Shown: positions 24,356-36,419 of the stretch, one piece after another
Numbering within the stretch: the stretch's first letter is position 1
Layout: each line of letters starts with the position of its first letter
Assembly: GCA_964035545.1 (NCBI GenBank)
Contig: OZ037768.1
Coordinates: forward strand, 24,151,319-24,215,318
Reading direction: 5' to 3'
DNA from: Bugula neritina
Taxonomy: Eukaryota > Animalia > Bryozoa
Length of the DNA: 64,000 nucleotides
Made by a program: the position numbers and the translations under genes
Notes under the pieces: model-generated
The model's input: only the letters and a program-made list of their open reading frames with translations
What the model was told of the DNA's origin: nothing
Database searches by the model: none

Positions 24356-26092
24356 CTATCTGCCGGTCATATACTGATTGGTCTGTGAATCTGCATTGTA
24401 CGTGGCTGCATCAGGGTGGTCCGCGGGTGGTTGCTGTTCCATCACAGATACTGTAACAGTATGTAACCATAGCAACACGAGCATCATAGCAACACAAGCT
24501 CTATAGCAACACACACTACAGCATAATAAGACGGTGCTAGAGTAAGCTGACAAGATGACTCACTGTTTTGCATATTGCTAGCAGCGAGTCTGTTCATGAG
24601 AATGCCTACTCCTTCTATTACTGCTAACAAAACTCCTCCAACGAGAGCTGAACCTGTCATTGCCATTGCACCATCTACAAAATACCAACTACTTTCAATG
24701 AGGAGAAAACTCTAACAATTTAGGTTATCTATTACATGGAGTCATGGTAGCTGAACATTAGCTCTATATAGTGCTGACTATACATCAGCTCTATATGTTT
24801 CTCCACAAGATGTCAACATGGAATAGCAGGTGAAATGACTCACTCCTCACTGACAAGATGGCGCCAGTGGCTGCTCCACTCATAATACTGTTCCACGGAT
24901 CCTCTTTCTTTCTCAGGTAAACTAGAGTACAGTCTATAGAAGAGAAGCAGCCACCCCACATGGCAAAGTTACCTCCAGTAATAGGAGCTCGTTCTTTTAC
25001 GCCAGTTAAACTACCAATAAAACGCCTTCGTAAACCCTACAAAATAAAATATAACTTCAACACTGAAACTAACCTGCCAACAACAGTGTCAGTTATTACA
25101 TGTAAATAAAAACTGATACTTACACTGGGAGCGTATCTAAACCCTTTAATGGCATGAAACACAGATCCTCCAATTGCACCCATAGCAAAGGCACCGCCCA
25201 AGTCTTCTGTGATTCTCCATGGACTAAATAAAAAAGACTAATTTATAAGTATAAACTGTAGCATTCACCTCTAGAAAACTAGGGTGCTTCAGTAGAACTC
25301 CATCTTCGTTGAGTTTTGATAGTCTCAGTCTGAAGTTGTACAGAAATTATCATTCAAGCCCAGTTATAGTAGTACTAGTAGTTATTTTAAAGTAGATAAC
25401 CCTAAGGCTAATACTAATAGTAATGTAAATTTTTGTCAATATACATAATCATTATGATTATCATAAAGATAAACGTAATTATAAATGATTAAATCACTAG
25501 GCTATTTTTAATTAAATTGCTAGCGCGCAACCATAAACTTAAAGTTATTAATACTATTTTAAAAATTAAATGCATTTTTATTTCACACTCGCAGCTTCAA
25601 AGTTCAAACCTCTCCGTGTCATGCTCATTATCATAATTTCAAACTTAAAACCAGAAGGCCTGACTCGTCTCGAATACTTATACACTACAAATATGAAATA
25701 TTGAAATAACATTACTGATTACTCATAACTGCAAGTGACTCCTAACTTGAAACTTCTAGTTTTTGTTTCATTTGTCCTTTCAATTTTGATCTTTTATCTG
25801 TCGACACCTACCTTCACACTAAACCAACCTGTTGGATAGAACTAGGAGTAGAACTAGAAGGGCCAGGGGTGTGCCACTGCGACTGGGACTGTCGTTAGTC
25901 TTTGACTTTTACTTTTAGTCTTAACTTACCTTTGAACGGACGCAATTTATCAACTCAAAGGGTATGCTTAATTTGAAATAAATGCTAAAAAAATATTGCT
26001 AGGCGCAAAATTATTTTATTTTCATGGTACATAGATGCAGATTGCTATACAGCCGTATTTTTAACCTACCAAGGTTCACGTTGGTACTCCAT
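24356..26092 (-). CDS. TIMM17: Mitochondrial inner membrane translocase subunit Tim17, 5 exons
   Basis: Exons 26092-26070, 25223-25124, 25036-24844, 24674-24564, 24450-24356: [27 protein letters not shown]...[16 protein letters not shown]...[20 protein letters not shown]...[21 protein letters not shown]. Confidence 0.96.
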
Positions 26093-27171
26093 GACGGCGA
26101 CTGACTTAAGAAAATAAAGTAAAAAATTTGCGTTGATAACCGGCAAAGACACAGTCTAACTGAAAGGAAAAACTTTTTTTTATTGTACTTTGTTAATTAA
26201 TTTTTTTAACAATTTTTTTTCAAAATGTGAAATGATTGTTGATAAAAAAAGTTTTTGATTGTTAGCTATTCCGAGGAAATTTGCAAAGCGTTCTTAGTAA
26301 CAGCTTCCGGTAAATGTGCATGTAGTGGTACTTCGCCTTAGGCTTATGAAAAGTGACTAACTTGAACTTGCAACTAATCAACATCTCCTTTACTCTCTTT
26401 TTGATAAGTTTAAATATGTTTATGCAATAGTTTTTGTATTTTAACTTTGCTTGCTTGCTGCAACACACATTTTGTGACTGTGAGTACCACAGTACAAGTT
26501 GGATAGCTTGAGTGTCATACTGATACTCAATCTCATACTGATACTGATAGTCATAGTGATACTCATAGTGATAAGTGATAGTCATACTGAATTTGATACT
26601 CATGAGTCATGGCCATTATTATTATGATTTTCAATAATATTATGATTATTGTAATTATAATTATCAGCATTAGTATAAGGGTGAATATGAGTTTTTTGAC
26701 TGTAACAACTTAGAGTTGAATAGGATTTCACACCTGGCATGAGAGTCTGTGTTACTTATCCTCGATTGGCCACTGACTTAGAGGCGAGAGCTAGTGGCCA
26801 ATGATAGTTAAGCTATTTCTCTAATATTTATTTTGTGGATACAAATAGTTCGTTGGGTTTACAAGTCTAGCTTATGCATTAAATGTTACTATTAGGCAAT
26901 TATAGTATGACACCATACTCTATCTGTGGTTGAAATTCAAGTATGATTTGTGGCTTGTAAATTATAAATTAATTGTTTTATTTTGAAATTTTATTTTTAG
27001 ACTTAGAGGTTGCAATATTGCTTGACTACTTATCCCTTCAAATATGATAATTACTAAAACAATTTGACTCGAAAATTTTTAGCAAGTTACTTAGAGTAAA
27101 ACATAAAACTACATATTTTTTTTAGTTTACTATATGGGCTAATTTCTAGACTCTATTATTGTTTGCAGAAA

Positions 27172-30100
27172 ATGGATTTAAAACATGCCTCCGACATTCC
27201 TGAGTATGACTCTAGAGTAGCTGACATTATGTTGTCTATATCTATGGAACGCCCGGGTAATCCGATGGAAAGTCAAAGCAAACGCGTTGTCCCACAATAC
27301 CTAGCAGAGCAGAAGATTCCTACCAGTGTGGAAGAATTCCTAAAAATGGAAGGCCTTGTATGTCGGCGAATATTTAAATTAATAAACGTCATGCGCTAAA
27401 CTCTAACACAGCTAAAGCAGTAGTTTCACTGGTTTCAGAGTTCCCAAATCTAACTTTAGACTGCCTTACATTTTGAGAATGTGATTTGTTGACTATAGAA
27501 TTTTTATGATTTAGTAACCTTTCTCTTTCGTTAACCAACATTCTCACTTTGATAGGATGATTGGCCGGAGCACATCACGTCTGAGTATCCTATTGAGCAC
27601 GACTCCCAGTCTGTGTTCGGTGACCTTGACCAAATCACTGACTTCCTAAAGAGTGCGGCTCGTATCCTTAAAGTGACACAGCGTCTGCATAGATTAGACT
27701 CCTCTATGGTCGTGTGATAAGCTCACAAGTAATTGAAAGGAAAAATTGATTTCCCAATCTCTTTTTCAATCAAACTTAATTGTTCATTATTTTTATGACT
27801 TAATATAATAGTATTAGATCCTATAGTCTTGTACTGAGACAAAGTCTTGCTGTTTAGTTCCTTATCATAGCCTTAGCTCTCCACGAACAGCTAGCCTCTC
27901 TAGACGCCTTAGAAAACAGAATCAATAGTTTAGAGTCCTCCTTGAATAAATATGCAGATGCCATTCTTACAGATGAGACAAGATTTTCCAGAATTAAAAA
28001 AGGAATTTTTTACTCAAATGTTGACAGTAAGTTGACTCTGTTTGATAAGATTAATAGTAATATATATAATAGCTAAATAACATAAAGTTGGTATTATACT
28101 ATTGCTATTATTGGTATTATAGAGTTTTTATTGTTACAGAGCTGTTTGAGACTGGAGTGGATCAGTTGGGTGGACTGCAAGACAAAGGTGGACAATCACA
28201 AGGTAAGGCTACAATGAATAGGCATGTTATTGTGGCTGGACAACTCCAGGACAAGAAGAAAAAAGATGTGAATTTCACCAACTTCCCTGGTTACCGAGCC
28301 AAGGAGCTGGCGGAGCTACCTGGCCAGTTGGAGGCCCCCCAGCTTTTGCATCGTGTCACTCAGGCTCAGGACTTTGATGTAAGAGGCTTGAAAACTTTTT
28401 ATTTAATGATTTTTTGTCCTAAATAGTTTAAGCAGAATCTTCAAAGTTTTGCTGGCAAGTTGTTGGAATACAGAAGCAATAAAGGCTTCAAGACAAATGT
28501 CACCATGAGAGTAAAACACTATGAAAGTTAGAGAAAGGTTTTTGTGCGCGAATGATGTTTACCTGTGAGATGGTTTTAAATGGTTTGGTAATTCAACTTG
28601 TGATGTCTTGATTTTCTAGAAATACCCAGATGGGGTAGGTACACGAAGTTGGTAGGTACATTGAATCTAATGCCTTCCAGCTTTATAAATACTCTTCCAT
28701 GAGTTAAAAGTTTATAACAATCCTGTGAAAATAATGAAAATGAAATAATATTTATAGTTAGCTTGAAATTTAATAAAACTGAACCACCACCCATAACCAA
28801 TGCTTAGAGTAATTAAATTTAGATTCTCTTGCTTGACAGAGCTGAAAATTTTTTAACTCCAATTTTCTGCTGAAAATGTAAAAATTCAAATACATTAAAA
28901 TGGTGTGTTTGGTATCCACCAATCAAGTACAGACACCTGTACGTGATTTATAAAAAAGGACAGAGAGTTATGGCTTCCTTAGTATATATTAAAGTATGTT
29001 TTATGATGCACATGTAATGCTGCTTAAGCTTTTGCACACGATATAAATATGAGTTGATGTGTTGGCATCTGTGAGGTTCACATTCCACTGCAATGGCATT
29101 GTGTGTTGATGACGTTATATGCTTCATAATATCTGATGATTTAGATTTATTAATAATTTCTTCAGTTGTTACTACAGCAAGTTTGAGACTTTTGAGTCAA
29201 ACCAGTCAGTTACCAAACTCCTTATTGGGTAACTTATCAAGTCACTGATTGATTTGGTGAGTGGCTCACTCAATGGCAGTGAGTCACTCACAGTGAATCA
29301 CTAACTGTGAGTCGCATACTAACTGATTGTGTGATGAGCTTCTCAGTAAAAGTGTGAATCATCTAATCAGTGACTCATCAGTAAATATTCCCCAACATAT
29401 TATTCTATATTGTAGGTTTCTTATGATACATACATATTAGTGTATATTGCTGAATATGTTAAACATTATGTTTGATTATCAGGAGTTTTTGATATATTAC
29501 AATGTTATTTTGAAGACTAGACCTGGCTGGTTTTGTGTGAGTGACAAAGTGACGACTGAAACATGCATAACATAATGTAGGCTATGACTATATTTTAAAT
29601 CGGAGGATGTGCAAGTATTTGCGATCCTTAAACAAATATCAATATATTTTAGACTGGCTTTGCTAAATTTTGGAAGAAAATATTTCTTTCCGAGGCGTCT
29701 ATAGCTGTGGTTCACGACCTTTTCTGGTGGACTTTCATGAAGATATTTAAGCCCGGCACTCAAACTGACCAAGACCAGGTGTTTGACAGACTGGCCGATA
29801 GTTTTGCGGCTCTCTTCTTCAGCATTCACCCCGACACCCGGGACAAAATATTTAAGGTGCGATTTGGTTATTTGGCTAAACACAAAGAAATAGTTTGACT
29901 TGGATGTTCAAGCACTTCAGCTAGTCTGTCTGTTCTCACACTGCCGATTATCTATCTGCAGGTGTATCCAGGTGTTCTGGCTCAAGCCATTTATATGATA
30001 TTTCATGACGCGTTTCCTGAATCTCACAGGATGTTTGGTCCTCTGTTCAAAGAGGAAGTAGTTGGCTATTGCTGGGAACTTACTACTGGTGAGATGACTT

Positions 30101-33100
30101 CTATTTAGATTGAAATTCAAAGTCTATCATTTTAGTATTTTCTATTATTAGGTAAAATTATACTAGAATATATATAGTTTATTCAATGCAGCTTTTAGTG
30201 AATATTTCAATAGCAATGACTTGTTTTCAATGAAACTTATTTTATAAACTTGTTAAATATAAATCTAGATGTTAGATACATGAGAATATAGATGTGTTAG
30301 ATACACTAAATAGTGTACCATGTAATAGTGTACCATGTAATAGTGTGCTATGTAATAGTGTACTATGTAATAGTGTACTATGTAATAGTGTACTATGTAA
30401 TAGTGTACCATGTAATAGTGTGCTATGTAATAGTGTACCATGTAATAGTGTACTATGTAATAGTGTACTATGTAATAGTGTACTATGTAATAGTGTATCA
30501 TGTAATAGTGTACTATGTAATAGTGTATCATGTAATAGTGTGCTATGTAACAGTGTACTATGTAATAGTGTACTATGTAATAGTGTACCATGTAATAGTG
30601 TACCATGTAATAGTGTACCATGTAACAGTATACTATGTAACAGTGTACCATGTAATAGCGTACTATGTAATAGTGTACTATGTAATAGTGTACCATGTAA
30701 TAGTGTACTATGTAATAGTGTACTATGTAATAGTGTACCATGTAATAGTGTACTATGTAATAGTGTACTATGTAATAGTGTACTATGTAATAGTGTACTA
30801 TGTAATAGTGTACTATGTAATAGTGTACTATGTAATAGTGTACTATGTAATAGTGTACCATGTAATAGTGTACCATGTAATAGTATACTATGTAATAGTG
30901 TACTATGTAATAGTGTACTATGTAATAGTGTACCATGTAATAGTGTACCATGTAATAGTGTACTATGTAATAGTGTACTATGTAATAGTGTACCATGTAA
31001 TAGTGTACCATGTAATAGTGTACTATGTAATAGTGTACTATGTAATAGTGTACTATGTAATAGTGTACTATGTAATAGTGTACTATGTAATAGTGTATTA
31101 TGTAATAGTGTGCTATGTAATAGTGTACTATGTAATAGTGTACCATGTAATAGTGTACCATGTAATAGTGTACTATGTAATAGTGTACTATGTAATAGTG
31201 TACTGTGTAATAGTGTGCTATGTAATAGTGTACTATGTAATAGTGTACTATGCAATAGTGTACTATGTAATAGTGTACTATGTAACAGTGTACTATGTAA
31301 CAGTGTACTGTGTAATAGTGTACCATGTAATAGTGTACTATGTAATAGTGTACCATGTAATAGTGTACTATGTAATAGTGTACCATGTAATAGTGTACCA
31401 TGCAATGGTGTATTTATAGGAACAAAGCCACCACCACGAACATGGAATGAGTGGGACCTCGAAGGATTGCAAGGCAAAAGTGGAGAAAATTTTGATAGTA
31501 AACAGCTAGCAATAATGCCCGGTAACACGGAATTAGGTGGGCATTATACGGTTCATATTGGAGATTGAAAGCAATGGTATCTTTTATTTTGTCTATTGAT
31601 TTGTGTTTTCTAAATCAATATATATGAATTCTGCTTATTTTGCAAATAGGTTTAGTTAATAAATTCTATTTAGCTAAAAATTACCGATCTATAATTTAAA
31701 TCTCAAATCACTTTTAGGCTCAGTAAATTTATTTCAGACTTCACGTTTTATTATATTCATTTATTTATAAACTTAATGCAGAGGCACCAAAGTTCGACTT
31801 TGAAGGTCTCTACAAATCTATTGGGTCGTTGGAAACGCAAGTAGTCAATGGAGAGGTTGTGCCAGTCGTGTATGAAGAACTAACTAAACATAACTTACCT
31901 GTGAAGAGAATAGTGGAGGTATGTATAGTGCAAGTAACTGGTAGAGAGGGGTAAGTGTAGTGTAAGTAACTGGTAGAGAGAGTAGTAGAGGTAAGTGTAG
32001 TGTAAGTAACTAGTAGAGAGAGTAGTAGAGGTAAGTGTAGTATAAGTAACTAGTATAGAGAGTAGTAGAGGTAAGTGTAGTGTAAGTAATTAGTATAGAG
32101 AGTAGTAGAGGTAAGTATAGTGTAAGTAACTAGTAGAGAGAGTAGTGGAGGTAAGTGTAGTGTAAGTAACTGGTAGAGAGAGTAGTAGAGGTAAGTGTAG
32201 TGTAAGTAACTAGTAGAGAGAGTAGTAGGGGTAAGTGTAGTGTAAGTAACTAGTAGAGAGAGTAGTGGAGGTAAGTGTAGTGTAAGTAACTAGTAGAGAG
32301 AGTAGTGGAGGTAAGTATAGTGTAAGTAACTGGTAGAGAGAGTAGTAGAGGTAAGTGTAGTGTAAGTAACTAGTAGAGAGAATAGTAGAGGTAAGTGTAG
32401 TGTAAGTAACTAGTAGAGAGAGTAGTGGAGGTAAGTATAGTGTAAGTAACTGGTAGAGAGAGTAGTAGAGGTAAGTGTAGTGTAAGTAACTAGTAGAGAG
32501 AGTAGTAGAGGTAAGTGTAGTGTAAGTAACTAGTAGAGAGAGTAGTAGAGGTAAGTGTAGTGTAAGTAACTAGTAGAGAGAGTAGTAGAGGTAAGTGTAG
32601 TGCAAGTAACTAGTAGAGAGAGTAGTAGAGGTAAGTGTAATGTAAGTAACTAGTAGAGAGAGTAGTAGAGGTAAGTGTAGTGTAAGTAACTAGTAGAGAG
32701 AGTAGTAGAGGTAAGTGTAGTGTAAGTAACTAGTAGAGAGAGTAGTAGAGGTAAGTGTAGTGTAAGTAACTAGTAGAGAGAGTAGTAGAGGTAAGTGTAA
32801 TGTAAGTAACTAGTAGAGAGAGTAGTAGAGATGAGTGTAGTGTAAGTAACTAGTAGAGAGAGTAGTAGAGGTAAGTGTAATGTAAGTAACTAGTAGAGAG
32901 AGTAGTAGAGGTAAGTGTAGTGTAAGTAACTGGTAGAGAGAGTAGTAGAGGTAAGTGTAGTGTAAGTAACTAGTAGAGAGAGTAGTAGAGGTAAGTGTAG
33001 TGTAAGTAACTAGTAGAGAGAGTAGTAGAGGTAAGTGTAGTGTAAGTAACTAGTAGAGAGAGTAGTAGAGGTAAGTATAGTGCAAGTAACTAGTAGAGAG

Positions 33101-36100
33101 AGTAGTAGAGGTAAGTATATTGTAAGTAACTAGTAGAGAGAGTAGTAGAGGTAAGTGTAGTGTAAGTAACTAGTAGAGAGAGTAGTAGAGGTAAGTGTAG
33201 TGTAAGTAACTAGTATAGAGAGTAGTAGAGGTAAGTATATTGTAAGTAACTAGTAGAGAGAGTAGTAGAGATGAGTGTAGTGTAAGTAACTAGTAGAGAG
33301 AGTAGTAGAGGTAAGTATAGTGTAAGTAACTGGTAGAGAGGGGTAAGTGTAGTGTAAGTAACTAGTAGAGAGAATAGTAGAGGTAAGTGTAGTGCAAGTA
33401 CATCAACATAGAGGTATACAAGTATATATACACTGTATGTAGCAGAAGTTGATATTGGTTAGATATTGTATAAGAAAAAGCTTGTCTTTGCTGCAAAGTT
33501 TGCCTGCATTTGTTCAATTATAACAATGGCAGATGTTTTGTTCCTGTTTTGCTCATTTTTTATGTGGACTCTATTAGAATGATATACATCTACTTATTTC
33601 ATACTTTGTGTAATTATAGAGGGTTGATAGGCGGAATGGCAAGGTACAGAAAGTTAGATTTGCGTGTGAAGAGTTTGTAGTTTCGTAAAGTGAATAATAT
33701 TTTGGTTCTTGATTGAGGAAATAATATTTGGGTACATGGTTTGTGATAATAACCTGTGGTGTCTATAAAGAGATTATCTATAGATAGTATTTTATGTCAG
33801 ACCGAGTTTGTGATGTAACACAATGCTAACTTTAGTTGAGAAGTGTTCTTGTCTTTTGTCTAGTTTTATCTTATGTCACAAGACACATGTGACATGTGTC
33901 TTGTGACATTTAACATGTGATATGTCATGCATTAAATGTCACATGTGACTTTTCGCATGTGACATTTAACGTCAGTTGGCTAACGCAAGCTAATGAAAGT
34001 TTTCATTAACTATTAGATGATGCATTGATTGGATCTATTTCAACCAACTCATTTTATCAATTATGCAGAGGAAATCTCATTAAGAATTGCCTTTTCTTGA
34101 TGTCCTTGCTGGGGTATTTTTAGTACATTTTCTGCAGTACTATGAATAAATATTACTCTAAATGTCTACTTTATTAGATTATTCTCAACCCAGTCAAATG
34201 GCTCGAGACTAATGTATTAAAAGTTATGATGACTCATATTTCATTCTGACTCACAAGAACTCACATAACATTGTAGTCTTCCCTGGTTGGCCCTGGTCCA
34301 GAATATTCTAAGGCGGTATTCAACCTGTCCGGCCTCAGCCCTCTTATGGCCCACTTCCTGAACATGAAGCATTTACGTGACGCTGCCATAGTTGGCAGGA
34401 AGGTTCGGCGGACAGAGATCAAAGGTCAGCCTACCGGGGAAAGAACTTTCCAAGACATCATTGAAGAGAAGAGAGCATTGACTAAGTCTAATAAGGCACA
34501 TTACATCAAGTAAGCATACATTACATCAAGTAAGTACACATTACCCTAAGTAAGCATACATTATATTAAGTAAGTACACATTACATCAAGTAAGCATACA
34601 TTACATCAAGTAAGCACACTTCACAGATTGTGTAAAGAGACAGAAGCCGAGCTGAGTAAGATAGAGAAGAGAAGAGCCATGGTTACCAAGGAGATAAATA
34701 AACTGAAAGACAATACGGCAGCTTTTAAGCAGACGGGACTCGACGTGAAGTTTGTGGCTGATCGGCTGATGAGTAAAATAGTGAGTCCATTTGATTTCAC
34801 ATCCATGTTAGGTGCTGTGAAATGCTTGTTGTGTAGTTAGACACTATGTCTATTCTAATATTTTATCAAAACTGATAGCCAAGACACACTTTGCATATGC
34901 ATTTGAGTTTCTGTCATGGAAACCCATTTTTTCTGCTTGATTAATATCTTTAATCAGAAATGATTTTGCTAGTAGAAAATTTAATATAGTTTTCTCACCA
35001 TTAAAAGAACTTCAATGAGTAGACGACTGCATTATGTACACAGTTAGTCTACTCTATCACACAGATACTTCAAGGGAAAACAATCCCAATCCGTAACTTT
35101 ATTTCTCAACTTGACTCACTAAATTGAAACTTTTGTGCGTAGAATGGAGATCCTAAGAGAGTTCCGGAAAATCTGGTGACTGCCAACGGAGAGGTGAGTG
35201 TCGAACGGAGCTCTGACTCGGAAGAATCAGATGAAGAGTTGGAGGAGACTATAGCACTGGAGGTATAGTTTAGTATGATGTGCTATAGCACTGGAGGTAT
35301 AGTTTAGTATGACGTGCTATAGCACTGGAGGTATAGTTTAGTATGGCGTGCTATAGCACTAGATGTATTGTTTAGACTTTAGCATAATGTGCTATAGCAT
35401 AGATGTCAGAATGATTTGATAAAGTTTCATCAACTGCTGATATTTGAATTACATTATATCAGATGCTTTTACATGCTTATATCTATATTCTAGGAATAAG
35501 CTCGACATGTCAGGTAAGGTGGGTGTTGTGTGTGACACTAATAGCACTTCCTTCTCACTGCAAACTTCTCTACTTACAGCTTTGTTAGAAGTATATACTG
35601 CTATAAGCCTATTGCAGGCTTATATTTCTAACATATGATACTACTATCTCTCCGTATAATATTACTATCTCTCCGTATAATATTACTATCTCTCCGTATA
35701 ATATTACTATCCCTCCATATAATATTACTATCCCTAGGTATAATATTACTATCTCTCCGTATAATATTACTATCCCTCTGTATAATATTACTATCCCTCC
35801 GTATAATATTACTATCCCTCCGTATAATATTACTATCCCTCCGTATAATGTTACTATCTCTCCGTATAATATTACTATCCCTCCGTATAATATTACTATC
35901 TCTCCATGTTTAGAATAAATATTTTTAGACAGATTGTGGCGCTACTAAGCTTCAAGATGGCCGATTTCCACCGGCCACTGACATTACAGATAATATCTCT
36001 TTTACCAAAGACAGGGCTAAGTCACTGGAAAGAAAACGAGTGAAGCAACTGCAACAGGAAGTCAAATATCACTTTAGCCGTATCAACAGCCGATTGAATA

Positions 36101-36108
36101 TGCTGTAG
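27172..36108 (+). CDS. FAM227B: FAM227-like protein (FWWh domain); 3' end ambiguous
   Basis: Exons 27172-27357, 27556-27661, 27871(or 27877)-28026, 28140-28378, 29653-29856, 29962-30088, 31420-31521/31536, 31782-31918, 34277-34509, 34627-34780, 35143-35262, then either 35494-35499 (E*) or 35929-36108. Motifs SEASIAVVHDLFWWTF, FDRLADSF, YPGVLAQAIY..FHDAFPES and GPGPE...VFNLSGLSPL recall FAM227; A vs B paralog not resolvable here. Confidence 0.75.
30310..31412. repeat. 15-bp minisatellite, ~73 copies, ending at a FAM227 acceptor (31419)
   Basis: Unit TGTAATAGTGTAC(T/C)A; decays into TGCAATGGTGTATTTATAG|G. Confidence 0.97.
31906..33400. repeat. 40-bp minisatellite, ~36 copies, unit spans an exon end plus donor
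   Basis: Unit GTAAGTGTAGTGTAAGTAACTAGTAGAGAGAGTAGTAGAG; the real junction GAGAATAGTGGAG|GTATGT is the diverged first copy. Confidence 0.97.
33873..33969. repeat. Two adjacent near-perfect palindromes rich in CACATGTG/TGTGAC
   Basis: ATGTCACAAGACACATGT-G-ACATGTGTCTTGTGACAT and TTAAATGTCACATG...CATGTGACATTTAA. Confidence 0.8.
34497..34626. repeat. 20-bp repeat x6 constituting a whole 117-nt FAM227 intron
   Basis: Unit CATTACATCAAGTAAGCATA includes the exon end and the donor CAA|GTAAGC. Confidence 0.9.
35249..35400. repeat. 34-bp repeat x~4 spanning an exon end plus donor
   Basis: Unit CTATAGCACTGGAG|GTATAGTTTAGTATGATGTG. Confidence 0.9.
35636..35907. repeat. 21-bp minisatellite, ~13 copies, ending just before AG sites at 35913/35928
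   Basis: Unit ATAATATTACTATC(C/T)CTCCGT. Confidence 0.92.
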
Positions 36109-36419
36109 CGTTGGCTGTATTTTATTACAATATTGTATTATTTATTTTATTTATTATATTCTAGATTATATATTTTTTCAGCATATGCCTTTTATTCAAC
36201 TAGATGTCTATCAGCTACAATCTCAAGTATGATTTAAATTACAATTATTCACGAATTTTGCTCAATAAATTAATTATAAAATAAATTTCAATATAATCAT
36301 GGGAGATAAATCAGCATTATATTATACTAATATATTGGGGAGATAATTCAGCATTATATACTAATATAATGGGATAGCCATGAATTCTAACAAATATTCT
36401 GGGGAGGGGGAGAGAAGAT

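Noticed and set aside
30265-31568. Four long ORFs (368-424 aa) on both strands
   Set aside because: Translations of a 15-bp intronic minisatellite; only 31420-31536 is a real exon.
31906-33400. Regular 30-46 bp repeats as CRISPR arrays
   Set aside because: No unique spacers, no cas genes, and spliceosomal eukaryotic context.
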